DNA from: Chiloscyllium plagiosum
Taxonomy: Eukaryota
Length of the DNA: 64,000 nt
Assembly: GCF_004010195.1 (NCBI RefSeq)
Contig: NC_057719.1
Location: forward strand, 9,587,112-9,651,111
Reading direction: 5' to 3'
Below, one piece after another: positions 36,643 to 50,972 of the stretch; positions within the stretch are counted from its first letter, which is position 1, and each line of letters starts with the position of its first letter. Position numbers and translations under genes: made by a program. Under the pieces are notes generated by a model that was not told the DNA's origin, made no database searches, and worked only from the letters and a program-made list of their open reading frames with translations.

Positions 36643-39600
36643 GTTTAACATCTACCACTGGGACAATGTTAAAGTTTTAGAAAGGATATAATCGCAGAAC
36701 ATTTTGAAACACTTAATATCTTCAAACAGAATCAGCATGCTTCACGAAGCCTATGTTATTAGGCTTCTTTAAAGAGGTAACAAGCAAGTTAGATAAAGGG
36801 GAATCAGTAGATGTAATATACTTTGATTTCCTAAAGGCATTGATAGCGCACACAGGGTTACTTAAGGTAAGAACCTGTAATGTTGTGGATATTTTATTTG
36901 TATGGACATAAGGTTGTCTAACTATTAGAACACAGTGAGTTGGGATAAAGAGAGCATTTTCAGGACGGTGATGTGGGATCATGGTGACCAGTGCCAGGAC
37001 CACAATTATTTACAAAATATAAGAATGATTTGTGACAGAATCCAGTTTGATGACACAAAAATAGGTGGGAAGGCAAGCGGTGATGGTGGTACAAAAAGCC
37101 TCACGAAGGGACGTGGACGGGTTAAGTGAGTGAGTGAAGCTTGGGCCAACAGAATATAATGTGGGAAAATGTGAGGTTATGGATTTTGGCAGAAAGAATA
37201 GGTGAGCTGAGTATTATTTAAACAGATCAGAGACTGAAGAAGGCTACAGAACAGAGAGTTTTAGGTGTGAACGTGTAAGGATAAAAAAAAAGCTAGCATC
37301 CAAGTTCAGCAGTTAATAGGGAAGGCAAATTGAATGTTGGCCTTTATTTTGAAAGAAATGGAGTGTAAAGGGAGGGAGGTTTGGTAAAATCTGTACACGA
37401 TACTAGTCAGGCCACAGTTGGAATACTGTGAACACTTTTGGTCCCTTAATCTCAGGAAAGATACACCGACATTGGAGGCAGTCCAGGGAAGATTCACTTG
37501 GCTGATTCCACATATGGAGGGATTTTCTTCAGAAGAAGTTTGAATAGGTTTGACCTGTGCTCATTGAAATTTAGAGGAATGAGGTAAAATCTTATTGAAA
37601 AGATTCTGAGGGGGCTTGACAGGGTAGATGCAGAGAAGTTGCTTCCCTGTACGAGTCGAGGACCAGAGAGCATCATCACAAAGTAAGGGGGGTCACACAT
37701 TTAAATGGAGAAGAGGAGGAATATTCTCTCTGAGAATGTAACCTGGTGTTGTGTGATTTTTAACCTGTCTGAAAAGGTACTGAATCGGTTTAATTTCTTT
37801 AGTGCTGTTGAGGCAGGGCCACTGAGTATATATAAGACTGAATAGACAGATTTTCAATCAGCAAGGGAAGTAAGGGTAGTGGTGAAAATGCTGGTACGTG
37901 GAGTTGAGGATTATTGGATCAGCTGTGGTCTCATTGAGTGGTGGACCAAACTCAATGGGCTGAATGGTCCACTTCAACTCTTACTGTTAGAGCTTCCTCA
38001 CATTATTCAATTCTTGGATGGTCGTTGATTTTATTCAGAGTTACCAGGGGTTGGGAAGAAAAGAAGCATCTGGTATGAAAGAGTAACATCAAAGACAAAG
38101 GAAAAATGAGTTTGTCCATGAATATCAATAGAAGAAGGCATAAAGATGGAGTCATTGAAGCCCAAAAATGCTGTGAATCAGGCATGGGAGGTGACATACA
38201 GGAAAGGCATCTTTTGATGATTCATAGGAAGGTTTTACTTATCCCCTCAAGGGCAGAGAACAGGGTTGCATTGCAAGTATGGAAGGTGTTCACTTTATTC
38301 CAGTTTCTCACTCTCTCACCTCCTCCCCTCCCCACCGCCGCCTCACTCCTCTCCAGGCTGAATACGAGCTTGGTGCTTCATGTTTATTTGGGTGTGGGTT
38401 CAAATCAACTCTGTCGTATGAAATGCTGCTGACCATGATTTTGTTTGTCCTGATTCTCAACGCTGTTGTCTCGATGATTTCCCCGTGTTGTAAAGCATTA
38501 ACCACTGAGCTCAGAACCATCTCTGGCTGTTGCTGAGTTGCAATTCAAGCTCTCGGCAGTGGCCAAATGCCACCTGCTGGCTAATCCCAGCAATGACTAC
38601 ACAGAAAGCAAGCTCCAGAACAAGAGAATCATCAAATACATTTCTTCTTGCCAAGAAAGTAGAAATTCTAGTGAATGATATCCTGATTAAAAGTGACTTG
38701 ATGAGTTTTGTGTTATATTGATCACAGCAAGCTTTGCTGCAGGATTAGCTTATTTTGAAATGACTAAAAATTTGTTCTTTTTTAGTTGCATTAATGTGAC
38801 ACGAGTTTATGAAAGTGTTTGGGGAACACTTGTAAACATCATTCATTTAGAGAAAAAAAAAACTCAAGGGGCTTTTCCTTGCTCATGTGCATATAATGTC
38901 CAGGAATGGATTTCACTAAGAAACATGAATTAGGGAGAATGAACACTCATAATGGAGCCTGGCAGATTTTGCATCTTGTTAATAGACAGGAAGAAATGTA
39001 GGTTCCCTGTGCACATTGTTCTTCCAAGATGAAAATCTCTCCAGAAAACCTGAGCACTTGTTGATTACAGTTTTCCCTTTGAAATTCACCAAAGATCCTT
39101 AGACAGCACCTTCCAAACCCATGACCACTTCCACCTGGAAGGACATGGGCAGCACCTCCAAGTTTCCCTCCAAGCCACTCACCCCTCTGACTTGAAAATA
39201 TACCACTGTTCCTTCACAGTTGTTGAGTCAAAATCCTGGAATTCCCTCCCTACCAGCATTGCGGGTCAACCCACAGCAAGTGGACTGCAGTGATTCAAGA
39301 AGGCAGCTCACCACCATCTTCTCCAGGGTAAATAGGGATGGGCTATCAATGCTGGCCCAGCCAGCGACATCCAAGTCCCACAAATTGATTTTTAAAAATC
39401 CACCAGATACTTTACTCGCTGTTTCTGAACTTTGTAGATGTTGGTGAGACTAAAGGAAGGTGTAGAGTAAAACAGAAAAAGAGGTAAGATTCAGACAGTG
39501 ATCGAGATGGACAGCATCGGAGAGCTGGGTTACTAGTCATAACGACCCAGGGAGAGATCCTCTTTCCTGACTGCCACAGTTGAGCTTTCACTCCGTGTTC

Positions 39601-41049
39601 CTGAGCTTGGACAATTGAGAGGAGGTGGTGGCATAATGGTAGCATCATCCTTCAGGCTAATATAAAACAAAGTACTGAGTATGCTAGAGATCTGAAACAA
39701 ACAAAAACAGAATTTGCTGGAGAAACTCGGCAGGTCTGGCCGCAAATGTGGAAAGGAAACAGAGGTAACGCATCGAGTCTAGTGACCCACCATGTACTGG
39801 GAGCATGGGTTTGTATCCTGTCATAGCCATGGTGAAATTTATCTTCAATTAATACAAAATTGGAATAAATGTTCACCTAATTATGAGTATTCAACCATTG
39901 CCGATTATCATAGAAGTTCATCTAGTTTATTAATGCTCTTTTGGAGAGGAATCCTTTGTCCTTACATAATCCACATGAGACTCCAGACCTTCAAGCATGT
40001 GTGTGACAGTCTGTGCAACTGGGAATGAGCAACGAATGTTGCACTCTACAGCAAAGCCGACATGCAATAAACGAACATTCAAAATTTAGAGGCTTAGATT
40101 TAAATGTCAGTCGTAGCTCGGTTGATATTGCCCTTCCTCTGAGAACAGGAGGTTGGATGTTCAATACTTACTCTAAAGCTTTCAGCACAGCACTCAGGAA
40201 CTCCACATGCTCTCTGAGGCATCCCTCAGGTCACTGCAAAAGGCCCCAATGTACGACTCAAAGAGTTCTTCTCACATGCTGGACAACTTGTATCCCTCAA
40301 TCAATGCTGTGGGAAACATTCAGTCACGTAGCCCTAGAGCTGTGAGCAATGTGGCTGCTTCCTTCCTCAATTGTGTACTGACAACACTTCAAAAAGTACT
40401 TAATTACCTGTGAAACGACTCGTAATTTCTTGAATTATCCGTGAAAACAAATGTGTGATGTCTTGAAACTGTGAAGGGTGCCAGACAAATGTGTGTCCTT
40501 TCTTTCATTTATTATTATTTAATTATTACTAAACATTTATAATTGGGAAACTAGCCTTGAGGTGAGAGATGCTCTCCACTGATGGAAGTCTGTGGAGACT
40601 GCATTGATACAGTTACTTTAGCTGCAATTGAAGAAAGGTTCTTTCTCTTTTGTTTAATCAAACATTTGAGAAGATTGGGAAAGTGTGTAATTAATTCCCC
40701 CCCTGATTAACTGTACACCTTTGAGACACTTAAAATTTAATCATCTTCAGCCCAATGCCAGAGCTGTACAATGCACCATGAATGCTCATTACTGCCAGGA
40801 CTCTCTGAGAATTGTGTGAAGGTAATATTCATTATCTGATCGACAGATCGTGGTGAAAACTTCAGACGTTTCAAGGGAGCATTGAGCATTAAATGAGCGA
40901 CAGGAAGAATAGATGGTCACACCGATTGAGGGCAGGATCTCACCAGCCATGAGGAGGTGGGTTTAAACGAGGACCAGAGGGTGAATGGTGCTGGAAAACT
41001 GCACTGGGGCATGCTGGCTCTGCTCCATGATGTGTTACTGCATTTAATA

Positions 41050-41672
41050 AGACCATAAGACCAGAAGACATAAGAGTGGAAGTAAGGCCATCGGCCCATC
41101 GAGTCCACTCCACCATTCAATCATGGCTGATGGGCATTTCAACGCCACTTACCCGTACTCTCCTCGTAACCCTTAATTCCTTGTGAGATTAAGAATTTAT
41201 CAATCTCTGCCTTGAAGACATTAAACAGCCTCCACTTCGCTCCTTGGCAATGAATTCCACAGGCCCACCACTCTCTGGCTGAAGAAATGTCTCCTCCTTT
41301 CCATTTTAAATTGATCCCCTCTAATTCTAAGGCTGTGCCCACGAGTATTCCTGCCTGATGGAAACAGATTCCCAGTGCCCACTCTTTCTAAGCCATGCAT
41401 TGTCTTGTACATTTCTATTAATCTCCCCTCAACCTTCTAAACTCTAATGAATACAATCCCAGGATCTTCGGCCGTTCACCATATGTTAGGCCTACCAGTG
41501 ATCATCCATGTGAATCTCCGCTGGACAAGTTCCAGTGGCATTACGTCCTTCCTGAGGTGTGGGGCCCAAAACTGGACACAGTATTCTAAATGGGGTCTAA
41601 CCGGAGCTTTATAAAGTCTCAGTAGCACATCGCTGCTTTTACAGTCCAATTCTCTTGAGATAAATGACAATT
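41050..41672 (-). mobile_element. CR1 3' fragment (same family as 1960-2875)
   Basis: ORFs 41476..41730 and 41221..41412; (gaccataa) tail. Confidence 0.88.
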
Positions 41673-42390
41673 TAATGGTAGGGCCCTGGGTAGTGCTGCC
41701 AAACAAACAGACCTTGGGCTGCAGGTTCATAGTTTCTTGAAGATGAAGTCACAGATAGACAGGATGGTGAAGAAGGCGTTTGGTATGCTTGCCTTTATTG
41801 GTCAGTACATTGAGTATAGGAGTTGGGATGTCATGTTGTGGTTGTACAGGACATTGGTTGAGCCACTTTTGGAATACTGCGTTCAGTTCTATTCTCCCTG
41901 CTATAGGAAGGATGTTGAGAAACTTGAAAGGGCTCAGAAAAGATTTACAAGGATGTTACCAGGGTTGGAGGACTTGAGCTATAGGAAGAGGCTGAATAGG
42001 CTGGGGCTATTTTCCCTGGAGCATCTGAGGTTGAGAGGTGGCCTTACAGAGGTTTATAAAACCATGAGGGGCATGGATAGGGTAAATAGCCAAGGTCTTC
42101 TCCCCAGAGTAAAGGGGCCCAAAACTATAGGTTTAAGATGAGAGGGGAAAGATACAAAAGGGCAACTTTTTCACGCAGAGGATGGTGTGTGTTTGGGATG
42201 AGTTGCCAGAGGAAGTGGTGAAGGCTGATACAATTACAACATTTAAAAGGTATCTGGATGGGTATATGAATAGGAAGGGTTTAGAGGGTATGGGCCAAGT
42301 GCTGGGAAAAGGGACAAATTTAGGTTACTTGGTTGGTGTGGAGAAGTTGGGCCGAAGGAGCTTTTTCTGTGCTATGTATCCCATGATTCA
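41673..42390 (+). mobile_element. CR1 3' fragment abutting the previous one head-to-head
   Basis: ORFs 41737..42141 and 42182..42466. Confidence 0.88.
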
Positions 42391-44224
42391 GAGGGATCAG
42401 AGGCAGGTTCCATGTGGCTACAGTTGGCAGACAATCAGAGTATGTAAAAGGACAATCAGTCCTTAAACATGAGCCACTGTGGAATCTTGGAAGTTGGTGA
42501 AAATTCACTAAATTCGCTCTTGGATGAGAGAACTGTCTGATGGTGAGATACTGAGCAATTCTGGGCCTGAGTCTCTGGACCATAGAAGAATAAGAGGTGA
42601 TCGCACTGAAACATACAAGGTTCTGAAGGGGCTTAACAGGGCAGCTGCTCAGAGATTGTTTCGACTGGTTGGGGGATTGAAATAACGGGATGGGGAAACA
42701 GCGTCTCAGGGCAAAGAGGGGCTGCAGTGAGGAGAAATTATTTCACTCAGAGGCCTGTGAATCTTTAGAATTCTCTACCCCAGTGGGTTGAGGATGCTCC
42801 ATCATTTAAGGCTGGGAGATGCAGATTTTCTGGATGCAGGGAATCAAGAGAGAATGGGCAGGAAAGTGGTGTTGATAAACAAGATAGGCCATGATCATTG
42901 AGCCATAGAGATATACAGCACAGAAACAAACCCTTCATTTCAACTTGGCCATGCCGACCAGATATCCTAACCTAATCCAGTCCCATTTTCCAGCATTTGG
43001 CTCATATCCTTCTGAACCCTTCCCATTCATATACGCACCCAGATGACTTTTCAATGTTGTAATTGTACCAGCTTCCACCACTTCCTCTGGCACGCTACAC
43101 GCTACACCCTCTGCATGCAAAGGTTGCCCCCTTCAGTCCCTTTTATATCTTTCCCCTCTCACCTTTAACCTATGCCCTCTAGTTCTGGACAACCCCACCC
43201 CAGAGAAAAGACCTTCTCTATCTACCTGCAGAGTCTGATGCTATAAATATACAAACAAGCAACAGGAGTAGGGACACACAGCATTTCACACCTGTTCTAC
43301 CATTCACCAAGTTCATGGCTGATCGACTTGAACTATAACTGTACATCCCTGCATATCCCTGACAATATTTACTCCCCCGGTCATCAAGAATCGATCTAAC
43401 TCTTTTATTAAAAAAAAACCTAAAGATTTTGGATCTGCTGCATTTTGAGAAAGGATCACAACCGTCTGAGAGAAACAAAATTGCTGTTTCGCACTTTACT
43501 GTATGTTAGCCAGTGGAACATATACCATGAAATTTGGGTTCTTGTTGAGTCATATGTTTTTTTCTCTTGGATTTCACAGAATCCCTACAGTGATTTGGCC
43601 ATTTGGCCATCAGCAAAGTAACCCACCCAGATGAACTCCCCTACCCTATTATTCTACATTTACCCCAGACTAATGCACCTAACCTATACATCCTGAAACA
43701 CTATGGGCAATTTAGCATGGCCAATCAACCTGGCCCGCACATCTTTGGATTGTGGGGAGAAACCGGAGCACCCGGAGGAAATCCACACAGACACACGTAT
43801 ATCTTGAACTTTATTTATTACACTGGTTCCACCAAGCCAGCTGGTGAAACTTAAGTTTGATTAGTGAACTTGGGGTACTATATGTCTTAGCAATGACGCA
43901 AACTATTACTGACTGTTGCAAAAACCCTTTCTGGTTGTCTAACACACCACTTTAAAGGAAGGAACTCTGTTGTCCTTAGCTGGTCTGATCTAAAATGTGA
44001 CTCCATACTTGCAGAAATGTAGTTGACTCTGAACTGCCCTTTGAAATGGTCTACCAAGCCATACTTGTGGACAATTAGAGGTAGGAAACAAATGGTGGTC
44101 ATGCTAATAATGTCCTCATCCCACAGAGGAATAAAGAAGGCAAGACAATCACTTTTGCCGGTTTTTGGATAAAATTAATAGAGCTGAGCAGCAGATAGAT
44201 CCCCAAACCAATTTCTGACTGTCT

Positions 44225-44530
44225 ATTAGATTGTGTACAGTGTGGAAACAGGCCCTTCGGCCCAACAAGTCCACACCGACCCGCCGAAGCACGACCCACC
44301 CAGACCCATTCCCCTACATTTACCCCTAACCTAACACTATGGGCAATTTAGCGTGGCCAATTCACCTAACCTGCACATTTTTGGATTGTGGGAGGAAACC
44401 GGAGCACCCAGAGGAAACCCACGCAGACACGGGGAGAACGTGCAAACTCCACACAGTCAGTCGCCGGAGGCAGGAATTGAACCCTAGTCTCTGGCGCTGT
44501 GAGGCAGCAGTGCTAACCACTGTGTCACCC
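44225..44530 (-). mobile_element. HE1-type SINE
   Basis: Near-complete reverse-complement copy. Confidence 0.87.
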
Positions 44531-45404
44531 TATCTCGGTACTCCTTTTTGAAAGGAGAGCAAGGAAGGTGAAGAACCTTTTTACTCCTTTGACTGAGGTC
44601 CTAAATAAGAATACTTTGTTGCAATTAGCCTGAAGTGTGCAGATCTAAGATCGGAGATTCCGAGGTGCAGAACCTCGCTCTTGTCCAGGTCCAGAGTGAG
44701 GTTTCGCACAGTCGTGCGATATCTCCTCTTGATGTCTTCATATACTCCATGTTAGAAGGACGTGATGAACAATGTAAGGAACACAGATCCCAGCTCTCAG
44801 TGACTCACCGCCAACAGCCTTTCAAAGGGTCAGAGAGTGCCAGGTTTTAAACTCTTTGGAATGGGAGTATGTGCTGTTTGATCAATGCTATAAGTGTGCA
44901 GTGCTGTCTACTTATGTACTGCTGAGATTTTTAAAACATTTAAAAGTTTACAGGTGGCTCGACTTCAGAAATATGCCTTTGTGTCAGACCGTTTGGGGTG
45001 GATGGACAGTCTTATGAAGAAAGTTTAAATAAATTGATTCTAGATCCTCTGCAATTTGGAAGAAATTGAGGACACAGCCTCAGTGGAAGAGATTGACCAT
45101 TCAGGACTGAGATGAGGAGGGTTTGTCATTCAGAGATTGCTGAATCACTGGAATTCTCTACCCAAGAGGGCTGTGGAAGCTCAATAGTTCAGGATGCTCA
45201 ACATAGACGTTACTACCATCTCTTGGCTGGTTAGATCTCTGAGACAGAGCTAACCACTGCTCATTGGTGATTATTCCTAATATCTAGTAGGAACTCACAG
45301 GTGGCGTTTACAGAAAAACAAATTCAATTTTGGTGAAAACTGCAGGGTACAAAGATAGTTAGAAGTCAATTTGGTATCTCGGATGAAAGATTGTTAAAGG
45401 GACC

Positions 45405-45585
45405 AACTGCCTTGTGTCTATGGGTCACACTCCTGTCTCTTGTTCAGCAGATTGTCGCTTTAAGTCCCTTTCTGACACTTGAGCCCCAGAATCTGTGCTG
45501 ACACATCACGACAGTGCTGAAGGAGCACTACAGTGTTACCAACTGCTGTCGTTTTGGATGCAATGTTAAACCAAAGCCCCCATTA
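45405..45585 (+). mobile_element. Degenerate DeuSINE-like (SacSINE1-type) fragment; similar pieces near 40110-40250, 51540-51720, 55300-55420, 60150-60520
   Basis: gctgacac...agtgctgaaggagcactacagtgt...ctgtcgttttggatgcaatgttaaaccaaagccc resembles the Deu-domain core. Confidence 0.5.
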
Positions 45586-45949
45586 AAGCCATGATTAATC
45601 TGGCTGTTCATGGAACCTTACAGCTGGATCAGGAAACAACTTAAAGGGAGATAATTTAAAGGATCCTTTGAAAAAGAATCGTGATGATATACACACAGTT
45701 CTCAGCACAGAAACAGGCCATTCAGTCCGTCTGGCCCATGTGGGTGCTTTTGTCCATCTCAGTTGTTTTCCTGCTGTAGAAGAATCGACGTTTCCGGCAA
45801 GGGGCTCTTGCCCGAAACATTAATTTTCCTGCTTCTCAGGAGCTGCCTGACCTGCTCTGCTTTTCCAGCGCCATATTCTCGACTCTGATCTCCAGCATAT
45901 GCAGTCCTCACTTTCTCCTTCCTGCTAAAGGATTGCTTTTTGCAGTCGA

Positions 45950-46246
45950 TTTAGATTAGATTACTTACAGTATGGAAACAGGCCCTTCGGCCCAACAAGT
46001 CCACAGCGACCCTCCGAAAAGCAACCCACCCAGACCCATTCATTTACTCTTTCACCTAACACTACAGGCAATTTAGCATAGCCAATTCACCTAACCTGCA
46101 CATTTTTGGACTGTGGGAGGAAACTGGAGCAAACCCACGCAGACACGGGGAGAATATGCAAACTCCACAAAGACAGTTGCCTGAGGTGGGAATTGAACCC
46201 GGGTCTCTGGCGCTGTGAGGCAGCAATGCTAGCCACTGTGCCACCC
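45950..46246 (-). mobile_element. HE1-type SINE
   Basis: Near-complete reverse-complement copy. Confidence 0.87.
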
Positions 46247-46428
46247 TTGAGCTCAAGGTACATCACACACTATATGATCAATAAAATTACATTTGAAAAT
46301 TACATCAAACCCATTGTGTGTTCCTGAAGACAATTGCAGCTAGTTTCATCAAAGCGGTTAACGTGAAGTTTTATTTTGATGTCGACAATAAAAGGACAGA
46401 CTGTTTTAAAAGAAGTGAATGATTGTAC

Positions 46429-46548
46429 CTTCCGCGGTGACTTCATCGACCATCAGCTTCAGGTTTTTACCTCGGCGGATCACTCGGACGGTGTGCCAGT
46501 CATTGTCATTGAGCTTTTGTCCAGCGTAAATGGTCTCTGGTCCTTTGC
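46429..46548 (-). CDS. NRXN3: Neurexin-3-alpha exon, LNS4 domain ([39 protein letters not shown])
   Basis: Minus strand reads cctttcccag|GC AAA GGA CCA ... GCG GAA G|gtacaa; 120 nt, phase 1/1. The peptide matches the NRXN3 segment [27 protein letters not shown]. Not in the ORF track. Confidence 0.95.
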
Positions 46549-49500
46549 CTGGGAAAGGTGTTGGTCAAAAAGTGTTACTTTACACATTCATGATCGGCCT
46601 GTTGACATTATGTTTATTCAGGCTGCGATAAAGACTTGTTGTTTCTGCATTGAATTTTAAAACAGCATCTACCATTTAATAGATTTCTGACATTCCTTTA
46701 TCAGCTACAGCTCAATTTACCTTTTAGTCACTTGCTCATTGTAATAAAGCACGTTTTGATTCTACTCTCCAAAGTCTTGAAAACAAATCTTTATTACAGC
46801 CCTCATATAAACCTTTCAAACAAATACAACATGTAACAAGACATCTGATTTAATAATGTCCCTATTAATCTCAATATGGTCACATCCATCTTAGATTCAC
46901 AATGAAGAATTTTCAGATATTCTAGTTTTAAGAGTGTGTGAGGCATGTGGATAGCTACAAGTCATAGAGACATGTCAGTGACTTGGGGGAGCTGAGGAAC
47001 ATGATTGATTTGAGCTTCAAATGATCTTTTTATCTTCAACACAATGTTCCTATGAAATTAAGATGCACCTTGTACTCAATTATCGATGGTCATGGCTAAT
47101 GATCATTTTAAGGTTCTGTAACGACTTACAATGAATAATATAGACATCTAGGCTTGGATGTTATTTTGGAAGATATACATAATTGAAAGATGATAATACT
47201 CATTCGCACACTGTACTCAGTTTTACATTCTTGGTGGCCTTCCTTTATGGTTCCACATTGTGTCAAACAAAGCCATGATTGGGGTGAACTTGGCTGTGGA
47301 TCAAACTTGGACCCTTCATGTGCCTCAGCTAAGACAGTGTGGGAGAGGAGCTGGCCAGCTGGAATCTCTTCCACAAGTGAGGGAAAGAGCTGAAATAATT
47401 ACCCAAATAAAAATGAAAGATTTATACAGCCAGGCTGTAGCCTCAAGCATGGCCTTGAGAATGGACTGCTGTGGTAGTATTTCAGCAGGCTTCATACTTG
47501 ATGCTGTCTGAGTCAGGTTGTCTGGTTCAGTCAAGGACAGGAGATTTCCCTTAAAGATGGGGGAAAGCTCAAAGGAGAACCAGAATTTGTTGAATCAACT
47601 ACATTGTTAGTGATGCAGCAGAATATAGGGAACAGGAGAAAGTGAGGACGGGAACATTAGCATAAGAAAGGGATGCAATCCAATTTAAAAGGTGCCACCG
47701 TACATGGGAGGTGGTGGAATGGGAGTGTCACTGGCCTTTTAATTCAGAGTTCTAGACTTTCTGGTCTAAGTAGTCAGATTGGACTTGAAATGTTGACACT
47801 GTTTCTCTCTTCACAGATGCTGCATAGTTTCTCCAGCAATTTCTGTTTTTATCACCCCAGTCTAATGCCCTGGGGAACATGGATTCAATGGGCAATATGA
47901 TGACATTCAAATTCAAGAAAAATCTGGAATAATAATGCTTGCCTAATGGCAACTGTTGTCACTCAACTGGTTCACTAAAGGTTTTTTAGGGAAGGAAATC
48001 TGTCATTCTTACTAGATCTGGCCTACTTGTGACTCCAAATGCATAGCAATATGGTTTGACCCCTAACTAACCTCTCAAATGGCCTCGTCCACCAATCATT
48101 TCAATCATTTAATGAGAGACAGGCAACAAATGCTAACCTGGCTGATGATGCCTATACCCCCATACAAGAATGACATGTTTAAAAAATAATATATTGTCGT
48201 GGGGAGTTATGGCACGTAGGCAGAGGGACATGACAGCATTTGAAAAGAAAATGCAAAACTGCACGCAAACATACTAACAGAGGGTGTCATATTGAAGGAC
48301 AACTTGTGTAGTTTGTGAATATAACATGGATGTCCAAATGACACTTCTTCAAGAGAAAACAGGCACTAAACCTTGAATAGACCTACGCAATTTATTAACA
48401 GAAGCTTGTAAAAGCATTTAATATGATCCACCCTTTAACACACTGCTACCATAAATATTTCACTTGTGCTGCATTTCCCAATTAGTTTAAAAAAAGACAG
48501 ATAATTATAAACCATGAAATGTTCAACCTTGTCTGATCAAGGACCTGAGAAACAGCAAATTGGACACTATGGGTTTTATTGTATATCTTAACACAAGATG
48601 AAGGTTGCCCCTTTTGTATATTAACAACAATCTTTTGTAAGTGTTTCACATCACCACGGTGTTAACTGTGGAGAACAAACTCTGCTTTTAATTTTATTTT
48701 CCTCAAGAGAGTCTCAGGTATAACGAATGTCGTAGTTACTCTGAGCTGGCACCATTTAGTTTCTGCAGAGTTGCATTTTACTGAATGGGTTTTCTACACA
48801 AACTCGGCCAGCCATTCAATCCAACATGTATTTGCAAAAAGCCTTCCTTCTTTTTATCTTATTTTCTAGCAGGATATTGTTAACTTTTTCAAAATTATAC
48901 CAAAGGCAAGAATTAATTATTACTTCTTTTCACCCTCTTCTGCTTTCACTGCCCATTCTTGGAATACAAGAATGCTTTTATTTTAAACAACACTCAGCTT
49001 CGTAATGACTCCTCACAGCTAAATTTAATAATAATTAGTTTTTTTATATCTTGAGTTGTAAGTGTGGCACATTCGAGACTATCAATGCATATAGAAGATT
49101 GATTCCAAATCTAACAACTTATTTTTAAACCTCCAATTTTCTGACAAATGTTTGCTGGAAAAGATGTTGGCTAGTCTTTCATTGAAAGGATTGCGTGTTA
49201 TACGCCCAGGGCCAATCTGCGAATATTACCAATGTAAAGACCGTTATGAGCTCAGAAAGGTACATAGTAGAAGCAGGGTGGCCTCTGAGAGATTTTGGCT
49301 TCATCACAGAGTATCTTGCAACAGTGCAACCTTCCCGACTCTGCAGGCTGATTGGAAGCTTGTCCGAATCTCACCCTCAAGACTGACTCACAGCCATACC
49401 ATTTTAAATGACACTTCAAAACTGAAGTACACTCATATAAGAACATGCAAACATTGGAATTAGGAGCAGAGGTAGGATATTTGGCCCTTTCAGTCCATTC

Positions 49501-50616
49501 CATTCAATAGGAGCATGGCTGATCTCCTTCCGTTCCGAACTCCATCATCACATCTATCTTCAATAGCCTTTGATTCTTTTTTTTAAAACTTACTCACAGG
49601 ATGTGGGCATCACTGGCTAGGTCAGCATTTATTGCCATCCCTAATTACCCAGAGGGCATTTAAGAGTCAACTACTTTGCTGTGGATCTGGAGTCATATGG
49701 AGGCCAGAACAGGTAAAATACCTTCTCTAAAGGATATTAGTGAACCAAGCGAGTTTTTCCAACAATCCACAATAGTTTTATGGTTATCACTAGACCTTTA
49801 GTTCCAGATTCTTCATTGAATTCAAATTTCCCCATCTGCCATGGCAAGATTTGAACCCAGGTCCCAAGAACATTAGCTGAGCTTCTGGATTAATAGTCTA
49901 GTGATAATACCACTTTGCCATTCCATCCCCAATTCTCCTGCCTGGTAAGAAACAATCCACCTCCACCTTAAACAACATTAAATGACTCCATCACCTTCTC
50001 AAGCACTTCCACAGTTGCACAACCCTCTGACAGAAAATAATTCTCACCTTGGTCCTACAAGGGAGAACCCTAATTTTAGAACAGTCCCCCCAAGTTCCAG
50101 ACTGAGCCACAAGAGAAAACATCCACGTTTAGTTTGTCAAAGCCTTTTGGGATCTTCTGTCAAAGTCACCTCTCAGTTTTCTAAACTCCAGCGGAAACAG
50201 TCCCAGTCTGACAAACTTTTCTTCCTCAGATAACCCAGTCATTCCAGGTTCAATTAACAGCAGCAACTGAACAAAAACAACAACAGGATGCCCAAACTAG
50301 CGTCAAACTCGGTTGACATGTAACTCAAACACAACCATCTGTACAACAGCTTGATGGCCTAAAGGGAGGATGAGTCACCCAATCACAAATGAGATACTAA
50401 AAACAAAAGTCACTGTTCAATAATTAATTGGATGAGTAATGAATACTGGTCTTGGCAGAAATGTTCACATTCCAGGAATGGATATTAAAACAACACACCC
50501 AAACCTGCCAATATAACATCCTGCTTTGCACCTGTATGTCACTGTACTTTCTGTCAAGAGGAGTGGATAATGAACTCATTACTATCACTGGCCTCGGATT
50601 TGTGTTGTCAATTTAC

Positions 50617-50634
50617 CTGAATGCTCACGCCAGT
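50617..50634 (-). CDS. Candidate 18-nt in-frame neurexin microexon, (D/N)WREHS
   Basis: cacttgccgccag|AC TGG CGT GAG CAT TCA G|gtaaat; phase 1/1, matching the downstream KGPET exon; preceded by ~140 nt of pyrimidine-rich sequence with no AG. No homology recognised. Confidence 0.5.
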
Positions 50635-50972
50635 CTGGCGGCAAGTGTTCGGAAACATGAGAAGACGGGGAGAGAGAGGAGGAAGAAGAAAGGAAAAATA
50701 ATTAAGAGCATGAAGAGAAAGGAAAATTTTTTAAAAATTAAAAATAAAGTGAAAACAAAATAAAATTGAAAATAAAAGTCTTGCATACATATGGTGTTTT
50801 TCAAGAAGATCTAGCAGCACCTTACAGTCAATGAAGTATTGCCTGAACTGTACGCATTGGTACAGTCAATTGCCACTCAGCAAGCTCTCAGAAGCAGCAA
50901 TGTGGTAATGTGCATAAAAATCTGTTTTTGTGATATTGATCGAAGGAGAGATATGAGCAATGGAGATGACTT

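Larger units (their letters stand above)
35120..37985 (+). mobile_element. Old, heavily decayed long CR1 ORF2 remnant (host of the nested SINE and CR1)
   Basis: Residual motifs: gattggaaa (DWK), gatgtaatatactttgatttcctaaaggcattg (DVIYFDFxKA), gatgacacaaaaataggt (DDTKIG), ccacagttggaatactgtg (PQLEYC). Confidence 0.75.

Noticed and set aside
48738..48800. Possible canonical SS3 exon (a CNS-coding triplet run on the minus strand)
   Set aside because: Does not encode DCIRINCNS; the nearby AG..GT interval is 23 nt and lacks a pyrimidine tract.
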